A stretch of DNA of 63,681 bases, filler included, from 8 parts of 8 records of this genome joined end to end with filler, not necessarily neighbours in it; one strand, 5' to 3'; counted from the first letter of the whole stretch, positions 22,427 through 34,155 are shown. Made by a program: numbers and translations. The notes: generated by a model not told the origin, from the sequence alone.

Positions 22427-22663
22427 TGGCAGATGACCTGATTTTTTAATTTACACCCTTGAGAGTATTCCGTTGAGAGTATTCCGTGCCTTGACCGCTC
22501 AAGGCTATCCTAAGGGGGATTGGTCCATGGATCAAGGGGTTTTCTTTTTTTGGCCTTGGCAAGTTTGCCGGGAGTCTGGTATCCTTCGCGACATGAGGCA
22601 TTCGGTCATATGAGTTCATGGTACCGGGGCAAAAAAGGGGCGGCACAAAGGAGGCGAGGGACA

Positions 22664-23044
22664 ATGAAAGGCAGTGAGACCATCCTTTTTGTAGATGATG
22701 AGGATTATCTGGCAGAAGTGGGCAAGGAAATGCTGGAAGACTACGGGTATGAGGTGGACATTGAAACGGATGCCTCAAGGGCCGTTGACCTGTTTGCAAA
22801 GAATCCTGATCGCTATCACCTTCTGGTGTCGGATTATATTATGCCTGGGATGAAAGGGGATGAGCTGGTGGTACAGATCCATGCCCTCCGGCCCCATTTG
22901 CCTGTGATCCTCTGCTCGGGCACCCAGTTGGATGCCGAACAGGTGGAAAAGTGCCGGGTGTCTAAAGTTCTGCTCAAACCCTTTGACCTGGATGTTCTCG
23001 TTTCCGCTGTCAGGGAGGTCCTGGATGGGGCGGTCTCCGGTTAG
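22664..23044 (+). CDS. Single-domain response regulator (receiver)
   Basis: ILFVDDE, SDYIMPGM, ILCSG, LLKP; RBS AGGAGG. Confidence 0.88.
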   Translation: MKGSETILFVDDEDYLAEVGKEMLEDYGYEVDIETDASRAVDLFAKNPDRYHLLVSDYIMPGMKGDELVVQIHALRPHLPVILCSGTQLDAEQVEKCRVSKVLLKPFDLDVLVSAVREVLDGAVSG

Positions 23045-23556
23045 GTCCCTCCAAGACGCTGTCCCTTTCCGGCTTTTTGTCAGTGATTATGACGGCACCC
23101 TGCTCAGGGATGACAGGACCATCCATCCCAGGGATCTTAACACCCTTGCCCGTCTTAAAGCTGCGGGGGTAATCACCGTCATTGCTACGGGCCGCAGCCT
23201 TTATTCGTTTACCCGCTCCCTGGAGGCCATTTCGCTAACCCCGGAAGCCCTGTTTGTGGATTATCTGATTTTCTCTACAGGCGCCGGTATTCTGGATCTT
23301 TCCTCCGGCGAGATGCTGCGCACCCTGGATCTGGGCGGCGAAGATATCCTGACGGCCTGCGCCTATTTTGACGCCCATGGATTTGATTACATGATCCATA
23401 GCCCCATCCCGGATACCCCTTGTTTTTTATATGCGACCCATGGCAGGCCCAATCCGGATTTTAATGCCAGAATGGCCCTATATCCTGATTTTGGTCAGCC
23501 CTTGGGCCGGGAATATCCCTCCCGGGCCACGGAGGTGCTGGCCATCGTTCCCGGGG
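23025..23556 (+). CDS. Cof-type HAD hydrolase (3' truncated)
   Basis: SDYDGTLL, IATGRS. Confidence 0.85.
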
Positions 23557-23656
23557 NNNNNNNNNNNNNNNNNNNNNNNNNNNNNNNNNNNNNNNNNNNN
23601 TTAATTAATTAANNNNNNNNNNNNNNNNNNNNNNNNNNNNNNNNNNNNNNNNNNNN
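23557..23656. other. Artificial contig spacer
   Basis: N-TTAATTAATTAA-N. Confidence 0.98.
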
Positions 23657-23732
23657 TTTTCGTGGCACATCCCAGCATCGCTGCCATAATAATAGAGATT
23701 ACAGTTATGATGAATAATTTTCTCATATTCAT
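23657..23732 (-). CDS. N-terminus of a lipoprotein (truncated)
   Basis: MNMRKLFIITVISIIMAAMLGCATK, lipobox MLGC. Confidence 0.55.
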
Positions 23733-23830
23733 AAAAGATTCCTTTTTAAATTTTGCATAAGACTTCATATATAGTAATAATTACAGAACGTCTGCAATCA
23801 CGATATCGTAATAAGCAACTCAAAACATAA

Positions 23831-25171
23831 TCACCGAATGGCTCGTAAAGTTACACCGATCTCCCCATAGGGAGCAGAAAAAAGCGAATTTGAAGCTTGT
23901 GTGAATGGATATCCCAATCTGTAGCCGCAGCCTGTTACAACAGTAACTCCAGGTGTGATAAACCAATCAATTCCCATCTCATAATTTCCACTGAAAAAGA
24001 ACCCTTCGAATCCGGAGTTGTCGGGAATTTCAAGCATATATCCAGCTGATAAACCACCGTTGATGTATACTCTGGTTCTGTTCCATATCCCGCCTTTTCC
24101 AGTACTTCTGACTGATGGCGGAATCATCCTGTAGGAAAATCCCGCAAACATGGAGGTAATCAGTGAGTTGTCAGGCATACTGAAAATTGAATTCGGATCA
24201 TAGGGATTTTGTATTGAGTAGAGTGCTTCCACACCGATAACCGGTGAAAAACCACTGCTGTCAGTACCTGACAGCGCGAGCTGCATTCCAAAAGCCCATG
24301 GGGTAATCGTTATGGTGCTGTCAAACTGATGAGAAGTCATGTCCGCTCTGACTACGGCTGTTCCCGCAGTAATGGGAATATCTGAATAGATGATATCAAG
24401 TTCCGCCGCATTGCGATAAGGAGATCCTGCAAGAGATAATTCGATGAGATTGCTTACTTCAACCAGTCCGTATTGTGCACCTGTTCCAGAAATTACAAAA
24501 AATTCATCTCCGATTTCAATTGATTCATGTTCTGTCACCAGTTGTGGATGCTGATTGTAAACTGTGTACACCGATTCCCACTCAGCACCTGCAACTTGCG
24601 GTTCAGGCAGTATGATTTCTCGTATTATACTCTCTATATATATACTCAATAAGGCAGCGGAATGCTCAACGGCTTCCATTGCACTTGCGCCGATTCCCGC
24701 TAATCCAAACTCGACAGGCTCGCTCAAAGATCCATCAGATCCAGTACTGACCAACTCGACTCGTCCTTCCAACACAGACCTATCCTCTGTCATGTCAGGA
24801 TGTATCGAGACCTGCTGTATGGTAATACTGATATCAGTGATGGATTTCTTTCCCATCAAGGCAACCGAATCAGTTGATTCTCTCACTTCTGTAAATCGAT
24901 AGGTGTTCTGAATCGCGCTGCTGAAAGCTTCAAAAATAATCTCTTTCAGCTTCAGGCTTTCAGCTGGATACTTCTCAGGAAATGGATCTTCCGATCCGGA
25001 GTTGTCTGATCTTGTGTCATCCAGAAATGTTACAGAGATAATTGCGGTATGCCCTTCATCAATTTCATACTGCAGATCGGTTTCCGTTATCGGGGCTGCC
25101 TGCAGTGAGAATCCAATGGCAGACACCATCAGGCATAACATGCCGAGCCTGATTTTCAGCAGGAAATTCAT
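23831..25171 (-). CDS. Hypothetical secreted protein with a possible C-terminal beta-barrel
   Basis: Signal peptide; alternating aromatic/Gly strands near the C-terminus; ATGA overlap with the pepT stop. Confidence 0.6.
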   Translation of the reverse strand: MNFLLKIRLGMLCLMVSAIGFSLQAAPITETDLQYEIDEGHTAIISVTFLDDTRSDNSGSEDPFPEKYPAESLKLKEIIFEAFSSAIQNTYRFTEVRESTDSVALMGKKSITDISITIQQVSIHPDMTEDRSVLEGRVELVSTGSDGSLSEPVEFGLAGIGASAMEAVEHSAALLSIYIESIIREIILPEPQVAGAEWESVYTVYNQHPQLVTEHESIEIGDEFFVISGTGAQYGLVEVSNLIELSLAGSPYRNAAELDIIYSDIPITAGTAVVRADMTSHQFDSTITITPWAFGMQLALSGTDSSGFSPVIGVEALYSIQNPYDPNSIFSMPDNSLITSMFAGFSYRMIPPSVRSTGKGGIWNRTRVYINGGLSAGYMLEIPDNSGFEGFFFSGNYEMGIDWFITPGVTVVTGCGYRLGYPFTQASNSLFSAPYGEIGVTLRAIR

Positions 25172-26426
25172 TTCCGTTCTTGGCCCCAAAGCCGTATCAG
25201 CTGCTCTATCACCATTGCAGCTTCAGTCATAACTGAAACAGCAGCCCACTCATATCTACTATGATAATTATGTCCACCTGTGAATATATTTGGGGTAGGA
25301 ACACCCATAGTACAAAGTCTGGAACCATCTGTCCACCCCTGATGATTTCCCAACTGACAGGCACTCCAACAGCTTCGGCAGCTTGCTCGAGTTTACGCAT
25401 AACCTGCGGGTCCTTTTCTATATACTCCCGCATATTCAGATATTGCACCTTGTACTCAACAGCAGTTTTACCACCTGGATAAATCCTTTCAATGGTTTCA
25501 GCCATGGAAACAAGCGTATGATGACGCCGTTCAAGTTCATCTATCTCGAAATCACGTAAAAACAGTGTTACTTTAACTGAATCAGCATGTCCGGATATTT
25601 CAAGCGGACAGTAGTATCCATAGCGATTATCTGTTGCTTCCGGACTCTCTGCCTGAGGAAGCATGGAGAGAAATGTTCCCGCCATGGTCACCGCGTTAAC
25701 CATTCTACCCCGGGCTGAACCTAAATGATACATTACCCCGGTAAATGTGATCTCCGCTTTCGCTGCATTAAAACATTCACCATCTACCATTCCTCTTTCA
25801 CCGCCATCCATTGTATAGCAGCAGCGGGAGTGAATTTTATCTATGGGGAATAAATCCATCCCCATACCAGTCTCTTCATCCGGTGTAAAAATCAGTTCCA
25901 CCTCACCATGCGGGATGTCAGGATTGTTTTGCAGATATTCAGCAACAGCCATAATCTCAGCTGCTCCGGCTTTATCATCAGCCCCAAGCAAAGTAGTTCC
26001 ATCGGTTGTGATTACCGTTTCCCCTTTATATGCTAAAAGATCAGGATTATTCTCAACATCCAATATCCACTCATCCGACAGAGTTATATCTTCACCGTTG
26101 TAATTTTCAATTATTCTTGGTTTTACGTTTGCGCCGCTCATATCACCCGCAGTATCGATGTGTGCCATGAATCCTATTGTGGGAGCTTGTTCCCCTTCGG
26201 GTAGTGTTGATGGGATTCTTGCTATCAGGAATCCATTTTCATCCAGTTCAAAATCAGATATTCCAATTGCACGCAGCTCTTCTTCAAGCAGGTGGAGCAT
26301 ATCCCACTGTCCGGGTGTCGTAGGCCTTTCACTGCTGTTGCGATTCGATTGTGTATCGATTTTCACATACCGCAGAAATCTATCAAGTATCGATTGTTCA
26401 ATTAACTGTTTATCTTTTTCATTCAT
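25168..26426 (-). CDS. pepT: Peptidase T (M20B; frameshift near 25335)
   Basis: RFLRYVKIDTQS, AHIDT, LLGADDKAG, FTPDEE, IRGG-(T)DGSRL...PNIFTGGHNYHS. Confidence 0.92.
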
Positions 26427-26541
26427 GATAATTTCTCCTGATATACTCACTTGCTGCCTCGCTCAAAAAGAGCAAACAGACCAAAATCAGCATATCATGT
26501 TAGAGCAGAGACCTCAATCACGTTTCTTCTTTTCATCATGA

Positions 26542-27171
26542 TTACCAGGCAACTGCGGGCCCAGATGCAATAACTTCAATTCCAGTTGTTTGTCCCTTAA
26601 GATGAGAAAGATTCAACAACAAAGCAAATCTGGTCTGTATTGCCAGTCGATTAGAGCCGATCTTTTTACCGATACTACGCCTATGCACCTGCACTGTGGT
26701 AATGCTTATATTAAACAGATCTGCAATCTCAGAACTGCTCATCCCTTCACTGAGACAAATCAGTACTTCCATCTCTCTTTCAGTGATTCCATAAAGTGTA
26801 CCGGCTATTTTTGATGAAAGTGTATTTTCCAATTCTCGATATCCAGCTGTTGTTGAATAAAGACCATCAAAACATATTGCTCCGAGCTGGTTCAATAAGC
26901 GCTTTGTCTCCGCATCCAGCTCAGATGAGCAACACACGACTATATCAAGCAATTGGTTATGCGATAACAGTCTGTTTATGTCAGCCGCTGCGTGATCCAG
27001 ATCAGAGATATCGATAACTGCAAACCGGGTTGAGAGATCAGTGGCAGTATCAAGAAAAGTATTAAAGCAGTCAGTACAGCAGTGTAGCAGACTGAAAGAA
27101 TTCCTCTGAAAGGAATCATGCAATCGTCCGCGAAGAGTGCTTGATTTTGAGTATACTGCTGTGTTTATCAC
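26542..27171 (-). CDS. LuxR-family HTH regulator with degenerate receiver-like N-terminus
   Basis: ITEREMEVLICLSEGMSSSEIADLFNISITTVQVHRRSI; GTG start placed downstream of the terminator. Confidence 0.75.
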   Translation of the reverse strand: MINTAVYSKSSTLRGRLHDSFQRNSFSLLHCCTDCFNTFLDTATDLSTRFAVIDISDLDHAAADINRLLSHNQLLDIVVCCSSELDAETKRLLNQLGAICFDGLYSTTAGYRELENTLSSKIAGTLYGITEREMEVLICLSEGMSSSEIADLFNISITTVQVHRRSIGKKIGSNRLAIQTRFALLLNLSHLKGQTTGIEVIASGPAVAW

Positions 27172-27192
27172 TGTGATAACCTTAATATATAT

Positions 27193-27223
27193 AGTAAAAC
27201 CCGGCATGCTACCGGGTTTTACT
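27193..27223. terminator. Intrinsic terminator hairpin
   Basis: Perfect AGTAAAACCCGG / CCGGGTTTTACT stem downstream of 27272-28117. Confidence 0.7.
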
Positions 27224-27271
27224 TTGTTTATACTGCCTATTATATAGATTGTAAGCAATTAAAACAACACC

Positions 27272-28117
27272 TCACAACTCATATACTTCAATCATTGTTC
27301 GCAGCATATCTACTGCTTGATAAATTGCAAATACCCCAAGGATGATCCCACAACTTACCGGACTAAGCTCCATAGATGTTGCCATCGATATGATTGATGT
27401 AGCCATCGCATAACTGACATTCGGTTCGGATGTGACACTCTCAAGCCACTCTTCAAAATTCGGCATAAGATCTCCACCGAACTCGTAAAATCTCCAAATT
27501 GACATAACAGTAGCAGCTAAGGCCCCAGCGGCAACACTGATTGCGGCGGCAGCAGAAATTTTACCGAATATGAGGAAATGCGGAATACAGGCATACACGG
27601 CTGCCGCAGTCAGTAATACCACACTTCGGGTTACCAGCTGCTGCATATCACGCATAAAATCTTCTCTGTACTCCTCCTGAATCTCGCGGGATCCTTCCTC
27701 AACAAGATTATCTATACTTCTTCGTGCCGTATCAACATCTGCAAGCAAATCATTATACATTTCCTGGGGAAGTATCTCTCGGGCTTGTCTCAGCAACTCA
27801 TCCGGATCATCCCCAACTGCGGCGGTGTGACAAAAAGCAAGATATGTCTCACCATTTTCTTCCTGCAGCAGGTTTTCAATTACTGAATTTGGATCTACTG
27901 TTCCGGAAATATCTCTTGATTCCTCAGCCATCTGGTCCAGATATGGTTCAATCTGGTTCCACTGGTCAATAACTACAGCCTGCATCTCATCAGCCATTAT
28001 AGATTTGTCTCTTTCATCCACATATACTCTTCCATCTACAAGGGAACAGCCGGCCATGGAAATTACCAGTATCAAGCTCAGTACTCTTTTTCCATAGAAT
28101 ATGATTTTTCGTTTCAT
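27272..28117 (-). CDS. Hypothetical lipoprotein with hydrophobic C-terminal helices
   Basis: Lipobox MAGC; RBS AGGAG. Confidence 0.65.
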   Translation of the reverse strand: MKRKIIFYGKRVLSLILVISMAGCSLVDGRVYVDERDKSIMADEMQAVVIDQWNQIEPYLDQMAEESRDISGTVDPNSVIENLLQEENGETYLAFCHTAAVGDDPDELLRQAREILPQEMYNDLLADVDTARRSIDNLVEEGSREIQEEYREDFMRDMQQLVTRSVVLLTAAAVYACIPHFLIFGKISAAAAISVAAGALAATVMSIWRFYEFGGDLMPNFEEWLESVTSEPNVSYAMATSIISMATSMELSPVSCGIILGVFAIYQAVDMLRTMIEVYEL

Positions 28118-28368
28118 ACTTTCTCCTAAAAGCGGGTTATCGTTCAGCAGTATGAGAAAGTCTCTTCATGTACCCGGAAAGCGTATGCAATTCCGGTATT
28201 ATCATTTACCGATCCTAAATACTGCACGGTATGCACGCGGGGTTTCCGGCATACAGGCAGATATTTTTTACATTTGACGATTATGTGGAATGCATTATCC
28301 AACAGACCAGAACAGCCAACCCAGATTAAGACAAATTCTGAAATCACTATATCCAGGTAATAAATTCT

Positions 28369-28887
28369 CTATATACTCCATGCTGTCATGAAAGGTATTA
28401 AGCGGGTCCTGATAACTACAGACGGTTCAATATAGAATCCGTCAGGCAGGTGAAAAGTATAGCCGACAGCAAATTCGGTCATATAATGATGCTGCTGATC
28501 CGGGATTTCATCCCCAATAAAACTAACACCCTGAAATATCGATATTCCGGCCCACAAGCCAATTGAAGCGGGATAATACTTCAGCAGCATGCCTATATCA
28601 AGCAGTATATACTCTCCCGGAGAGGATTCTCCGCGATTGAATACCGCAGTAACAGGCAAATCTATGGAAAATCCATCAGCAATTTTCAATGCCGCTCCAC
28701 CATGCAGATAGAGATGATCCGAAATCAGTGCATCTGCCGCCCCCGTATCAATGAACGCCCCTACCCTGATACTCCCGTCAGCGTGATGTGATTCAGCGGC
28801 TATACTGCCGCCGGAACATATCAATAGCAAAACCAGAAAAACTATATATATACTCATTACTCGTTTGTTTACCGACTCATCCATCAC
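28369..28887 (-). CDS. Hypothetical secreted / outer-membrane beta-barrel-like protein (3' end uncertain)
   Basis: Signal peptide and amphipathic strands (FAVGYTF, FYIEPSV); RBS AGGAGG. Confidence 0.55.
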   Translation of the reverse strand: MMDESVNKRVMSIYIVFLVLLLICSGGSIAAESHHADGSIRVGAFIDTGAADALISDHLYLHGGAALKIADGFSIDLPVTAVFNRGESSPGEYILLDIGMLLKYYPASIGLWAGISIFQGVSFIGDEIPDQQHHYMTEFAVGYTFHLPDGFYIEPSVVIRTRLIPFMTAWSI

Positions 28888-29142
28888 TATCCTCCTTTAC
28901 CCCTGTTACGGACCGGCTTATATAGAATACGCCTGTGTCAATCCAGATACAATTCTCAATATCAGGTAATTTGCCATACCTATTTTTCAGTACTCAAACT
29001 TAGTAAAACAAAATGGTGATTAGTAACTGATCGGAAGTGTGTGGGAAACAGCTCCATAATCTCATGCGAAAAATTTCACTGTTTCCGGTAACACTATTTG
29101 ATTCCATTGGTTAATATGTGTAATCTTGTAGCAGGAGAATTT

Positions 29143-30183
29143 ATGAAACTGATTAGATTTATTTTTATAATTATTGTTATTCTAGCCATAATTGCTTTCG
29201 CGGCTCAGTTTGTAGTCAAGAATCTGGCATCCGATAAAATTTCCGATTCATTGAGAACAATTCTGGAAGAAAGTACCGATAACAAAGCATCGTTTGAGGA
29301 TTTTGAAATAGACCTTTTCAACAGTCAAATAGATATTTCGGATTTCCGATTCCCGATTCCCGACTCCGATGGGTTATCTGAATTCGGCATACTAACCGTT
29401 GGCAGCACTGAAATTGATTTTGCGTTAACCGACGCAACCTCTTTCATCTCAGACAACGGCACAATATCTGAGGGTACCATCACTATGAAGGATTCTCTTC
29501 TCACCACCAACACCCTGCTGCAGGTTGAAGCTGCCGTAGAAACCATAGTCATTGATTTCAAGGGAAGTATCGATATTGAAACGCTGAATACTGATGGCTC
29601 ACAAGCTATCGGAGACCTGCTGCACGCAAATCAGGAAATTAACATCATGCTGGAAAACCTCGTACTGGATATTCCCGCGGATGACAAACTGCCTGCTATC
29701 CTCGACACATTAAAAACCCGCACCACACCAGTGACCGGATTTGAGATTGCCATGCTTTCTTCCATCATATTACCGGATATCCCGATTCGAAATACTATTA
29801 TTCAGGAAATAGCAACCAGCGGTGTCTCTATCGAACCAGAACAGTTTGCGAGTGTATTAAGCCTCGGCACCCAGCTGCTGGGCATTGACTCAGATGCAAA
29901 CATGATGTCGGATGCCAATCTGAAAGTTATAAGTGCTGAGTTAGAAGATAAGGTGAAAATCTCAGGAAATATGGAAAATGCCATAGGCACATTCACCATT
30001 GAGGGAACAGGCAGCATTCATGAGATTAATACAGACTTGAGTGAAATAGAGGAACTGACGATTAGTATTGCAAACCTGAATTCTGATCTTCAGGAAATAT
30101 TGGGTAAAGATGAGCTAATCATAACTCTTGATAATCCGATAATGCTTGAAAATCTTATTGAAGGGATGTATAGCTTTCAGTAA
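29143..30183 (+). CDS. Hypothetical protein with N-terminal membrane anchor
   Basis: RBS AGGAG; N-terminal TM helix; long open frame. Confidence 0.65.
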   Translation: MKLIRFIFIIIVILAIIAFAAQFVVKNLASDKISDSLRTILEESTDNKASFEDFEIDLFNSQIDISDFRFPIPDSDGLSEFGILTVGSTEIDFALTDATSFISDNGTISEGTITMKDSLLTTNTLLQVEAAVETIVIDFKGSIDIETLNTDGSQAIGDLLHANQEINIMLENLVLDIPADDKLPAILDTLKTRTTPVTGFEIAMLSSIILPDIPIRNTIIQEIATSGVSIEPEQFASVLSLGTQLLGIDSDANMMSDANLKVISAELEDKVKISGNMENAIGTFTIEGTGSIHEINTDLSEIEELTISIANLNSDLQEILGKDELIITLDNPIMLENLIEGMYSFQ

Positions 30184-30227
30184 TTTACAGATGATATTGC
30201 AGCAGTTTCCGCTATCCTGAAACTCCA

Positions 30228-30731
30228 TCAAAGTTCCGGCCAGCCGAGGGCTTGAATCAGTTCATTTTGCAGGTTTTTCATGCGATATGCGGTAAATATC
30301 CTCGTAGATTCATCTTTCAGAGTAAACACAACCCCTCTTTTTGAGCCATATACTGTTCCTGTTGAAAATTCCGCTATTACTCCTTTCGAGATTGTAAGCA
30401 AAGTACCAATCTTTCCCTTTTCACGCACCAGCAGAACAATTTCATCATTAATGACCATCAATCTTCCGAAGGTATTTTGTCGGGATCTGCTATCAGAAAT
30501 CTCTGGTGGAATAAATGTCATCATTGGAAGAATAGACACATCATTTTCTGTGCCGGAATATCGTATGGCCTGACGTTTCGATACATAGAATGTGGTTAAA
30601 AACATCAATCCTGTTAATGGAAACAGCAATGCCAGCAGAGTCCAGAATATCCAGGCTTGCTCCATTTCAAATCGGGCAAAGACAATAGCAGCGGCACAAG
30701 CCAGCAGCAGAATTTTACTTATCGTACTCAT
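30228..30731 (-). CDS. Hypothetical membrane protein
   Basis: Two N-terminal TM segments plus a soluble domain. Confidence 0.6.
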   Translation of the reverse strand: MSTISKILLLACAAAIVFARFEMEQAWIFWTLLALLFPLTGLMFLTTFYVSKRQAIRYSGTENDVSILPMMTFIPPEISDSRSRQNTFGRLMVINDEIVLLVREKGKIGTLLTISKGVIAEFSTGTVYGSKRGVVFTLKDESTRIFTAYRMKNLQNELIQALGWPEL

Positions 30732-30889
30732 GGCTCTATTCTAGCAGTGATTTGCTTTTGTGTCATCGAAATGTGGCTCTTATGAACTGGCGGTCATATA
30801 ATATCTTATCAGAATAAATCCCACACTCTTCCGGTCAGTTAATAATGTTTTTATTTGCCGGATATCCAAATATGCGATATCTTAACATC

Positions 30890-31852
30890 ATGAATATGCC
30901 AGCCTACCCAAATTTCGTGCCCATCGAACTCTCCCATAGAGATGTACTGCATCCGATGCTGCAGTCTCTGGAAAATGGTATCTCCGAATTCACCTTTGCG
31001 AATTTCTATCTGTTCAGAAACAGTTATAATTATCGAATATCAATGTATACCACCCCTTCCGGGTACGATATCCCTATTATAATCGGCAATACTCAGCACA
31101 AGAAACAGCTCAAAGAACTGGGTGATAATATGGAGTTCATCATGCTCCCTTTTGGTTTTCCCGGAATGGAATTGATCACATCAATTCTTGATAACGCGGA
31201 GGGGCGAACACGATATATCAAAAATTTTCCTGAACATGCAGCCGAAGCACACAGAATTCAGTTTGAACGACAGGGGTACTGTGTAGAGCAGGATCGAAAC
31301 AACTTTGATTATCTGTACAACAGACACGATCTGGCCAACCTGAACGGTAGGAAATACCATAAAAAACGTAACCTCGTGAATGCGTTTATCAATAACTACA
31401 ACTATGAAGAAAAACTGATTGATCCCGAACAGCATAAGGATGATCTATTTGCCATTCTTGATAATTGGCGAGCAGATAGAGATGACCCGGGAGATTATAA
31501 TGCAGCATGGGAAGCTATCGAAAAATTTGAGAGTTTGAACCTGAAAGGCTGCATTACCTATACGGACGGCAAGCCGAGTGCTTATTCAATGGGAGAAATC
31601 ACAACTCACGGCACCATGTTTGCCATTCATTTTGAAAAGGCAATCGGACATTATAAAGGAATTTACCAGTTCATAAATCGTTCATTTGCCGAAATGATGG
31701 TGGACTGCATCGAGTTTATCAATCGAGAGCAGGACCTTGGTGACCCTGGACTGCGCAAAGCAAAAATGAGCTATAGACCGGCAGGATTTATCAAAAAATA
31801 CACGGTATCCCGCTCAGGTTTCCTACCCTGCCCGGCTTTAGAGGATGCCTGA
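30890..31852 (+). CDS. DUF2156 / phosphatidylglycerol lysyltransferase C-terminal-like protein
   Basis: DRNNFDYLY, GRKYHKKRN, HFEKA, INREQDLGDPGLRKAKMSYRP. Confidence 0.85.
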   Translation: MNMPAYPNFVPIELSHRDVLHPMLQSLENGISEFTFANFYLFRNSYNYRISMYTTPSGYDIPIIIGNTQHKKQLKELGDNMEFIMLPFGFPGMELITSILDNAEGRTRYIKNFPEHAAEAHRIQFERQGYCVEQDRNNFDYLYNRHDLANLNGRKYHKKRNLVNAFINNYNYEEKLIDPEQHKDDLFAILDNWRADRDDPGDYNAAWEAIEKFESLNLKGCITYTDGKPSAYSMGEITTHGTMFAIHFEKAIGHYKGIYQFINRSFAEMMVDCIEFINREQDLGDPGLRKAKMSYRPAGFIKKYTVSRSGFLPCPALEDA

Positions 31853-31891
31853 TCATAAATCTATTATGAGCATGTTGAGTTGGTAAGTAAT

Positions 31892-32876
31892 TTAATCGGC
31901 ATCCAGTGAAAAAATCCCTTTCATCAACTCGGCACCCATCATATCGGGACTTTTCATACTTTCCAGACCACCCAGAAAATCCTTGAATTCAAGCAGCTTC
32001 TCCATCATCATCAATCTGATAAATGACTCATTTCTGGAATTTGTATTGAGAATGAGCATGTCATTCTTCTGTACCAGCGTACACACAATATCATCTTTTC
32101 TCAGCTGATACACAAGCTGGTTATGATCCAGGCGATGGATGTAGAAACCTTCTTCTCGAAATCCGTCTGCAAGTGATCTGCGCATAAATTCAGCCGCCCG
32201 GAATCCGGGAAATTCCAGCTGAATGGAAACTGCGTCTTTATCCTGGGTATCTTCCTGTTTTTTATATCCGGTTCCGCCTTTGAAGCTCTGAATCAGAAGC
32301 GGAGGAGCTGCAATGCTGGCAAACAGCATGGTCATAATGGCAACACCGAACATATCCTGTCCGATTGCTCCGCTGGATAGACCAATCCCGGCTACGATCA
32401 ACGTCACCTCACCTCGCGGAAGCATACCGGCTCCGATTCTGAAGGCTCCTCTCAGATTAAATCCAACCAGCAGCGAGGGTAAACCGCAGCCAATCAGTTT
32501 TCCGATAAATCCCATAACGGTAAATGCCAGACCAAACCAGATGACTGATTTCATTGCAGCGAAATTAACCATCATACCCATGATGCAGAAAAATACCGGT
32601 ACCAGAAAATTATACACACCCTGTATGCGTTCACGAATTTCATGAGCTACATCGGTTTTGGAAAACGACAGTCCGGTAATATAGGCACCGATAATCATGG
32701 CAAGTTGAAACATTTCAGAAATTCCAGCCAGGATAAGCGCGATACCGAATGAGACTCCGACTATCAACTCAATCGAACCCAATGCTTTGAGCCGCTTGGT
32801 AATAAACGGTGCCAGAATAATCCCCAATATTGTACAGATAATCCAGAATCCGATTGCTTTAGCGGCTACTATTCCG
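31892..32876 (-). CDS. CPA2 cation:proton antiporter (5' truncated)
   Basis: IIGAYITG, FLVPVFF, GKLIGC, GMLPRGEV. Confidence 0.85.
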
Positions 32877-32976
32877 NNNNNNNNNNNNNNNNNNNNNNNN
32901 NNNNNNNNNNNNNNNNNNNNTTAATTAATTAANNNNNNNNNNNNNNNNNNNNNNNNNNNNNNNNNNNNNNNNNNNN
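32877..32976. other. Artificial contig spacer
   Basis: N-TTAATTAATTAA-N. Confidence 0.98.
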
Positions 32977-33006
32977 CAGTGCGTCTACCAGTTTCACCAC
33001 TCCGGC
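32977..33006 (-). tRNA. 5' part of a tRNA, probably tRNA-Leu (cut before the anticodon)
   Basis: Reverse complement GCCGGAGTGGTGAAACTGGTAGACGCACTG matches a tRNA-Leu acceptor and D-arm. Confidence 0.75.
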
Positions 33007-33900
33007 GGAACGCTCTTGATACCCCAGAAGGCGCTCTCAGTCAAGGGAAATCCTTCACTGGCAGGCGTTTCGTAACTATACTCTTCTACAGTCTTTGATC
33101 GATTCTGTATTTCAGCACGATTTCCAGGGCAGGAAAAGAGCCACAAAACAAAAGAATGAAATCTGCCCGTTGCCTTGTCGCTGGTCCGGGAAGTTGCCAG
33201 AGGTAACTGAATTGAATTGCCCTCAGATGCTGTACCTAATCGATTATAAAATCCCGCTGCATGAGGATCGTTTCGATCTGGTCGTGCCCCATCGGTTCTT
33301 CGTAGGCTCTGCCAACGAAGATCCGTTTATCGAGAGAGCCCGGTTCAGGAAATGTCTTTTCTGCCGACCTGTGGCTGAATATACTCTCCGTTTTTCTGTC
33401 CAGACTTGTACCGGTTGAAAAAATCGCAGCATTTTTCCTTCGCGCATTGCGCTTGCCCATATCCACCCCCTCCCCAGAAGATGTCACCTTCGCACCGATT
33501 TTGCGGAAATTCGCTACTTCGGTACGGTGAGTGTCCGATAACGGTGATCTATCGGGCCTGGTCATGTTATCCCGGCAACAGAAATGCGATGAGTGTGCCA
33601 GAATCACTCTTTCATGTGGGAGAGGGTGATTGTGTAGTTAACAGTTTGATATTGCGTATCAATACGAATGGTAACCATTTCTCGAAACAGATCGAAGCAG
33701 GATGAGATGCGGATAACCTGTCCAGAGTTTAGACACTGGCATGTGGCGGGTGTAATCTTTGTGTACAGAACGGGGAGGCTTCGTGCACAGCGGGCAAAAT
33801 ATTTGGCGTGCCCGGCAAAGCGGGCAGGCTCGCGTATCTATACTCTTGCAAGGTAGGTACCCTTCAGTGTGACGGTTTCAGGTCGAGGATTAGATTATTG

Positions 33901-34134
33901 ATGAATATGGAAATTTACATGTACGGAGCTATTGCAATCCTGTCTCTGTTCGGATTCACGATGATGACCTTTGGAGAGCGGCTGCGTGCGTTTCCTGATC
34001 AGTTTGACAGTCCGATTCGGGCGGTGGTGTTTGGTATGCTCTCACTGGTGGCCAGCATGAGTGTTATCGGTGCCGCTGTATTTGCGATGCTCACTGCGTT
34101 GTTTATCGCTTTGGGCCGACTGAATTTCTGGTAA
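33901..34134 (+). CDS. Small hydrophobic protein
   Basis: Two TM segments in the 3' part of ORF 33808-34134; start uncertain. Confidence 0.4.
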   Translation: MNMEIYMYGAIAILSLFGFTMMTFGERLRAFPDQFDSPIRAVVFGMLSLVASMSVIGAAVFAMLTALFIALGRLNFW

Positions 34135-34155
34135 CCGGCAGGGGAGAGGGGGGAC

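Noticed and set aside
33095-33856. Overlapping short ORFs next to the tRNA as a mobile-element remnant
   Set aside because: No integrase or transposase motifs, and the region lies 5' of the tRNA rather than at the usual 3' integration end.
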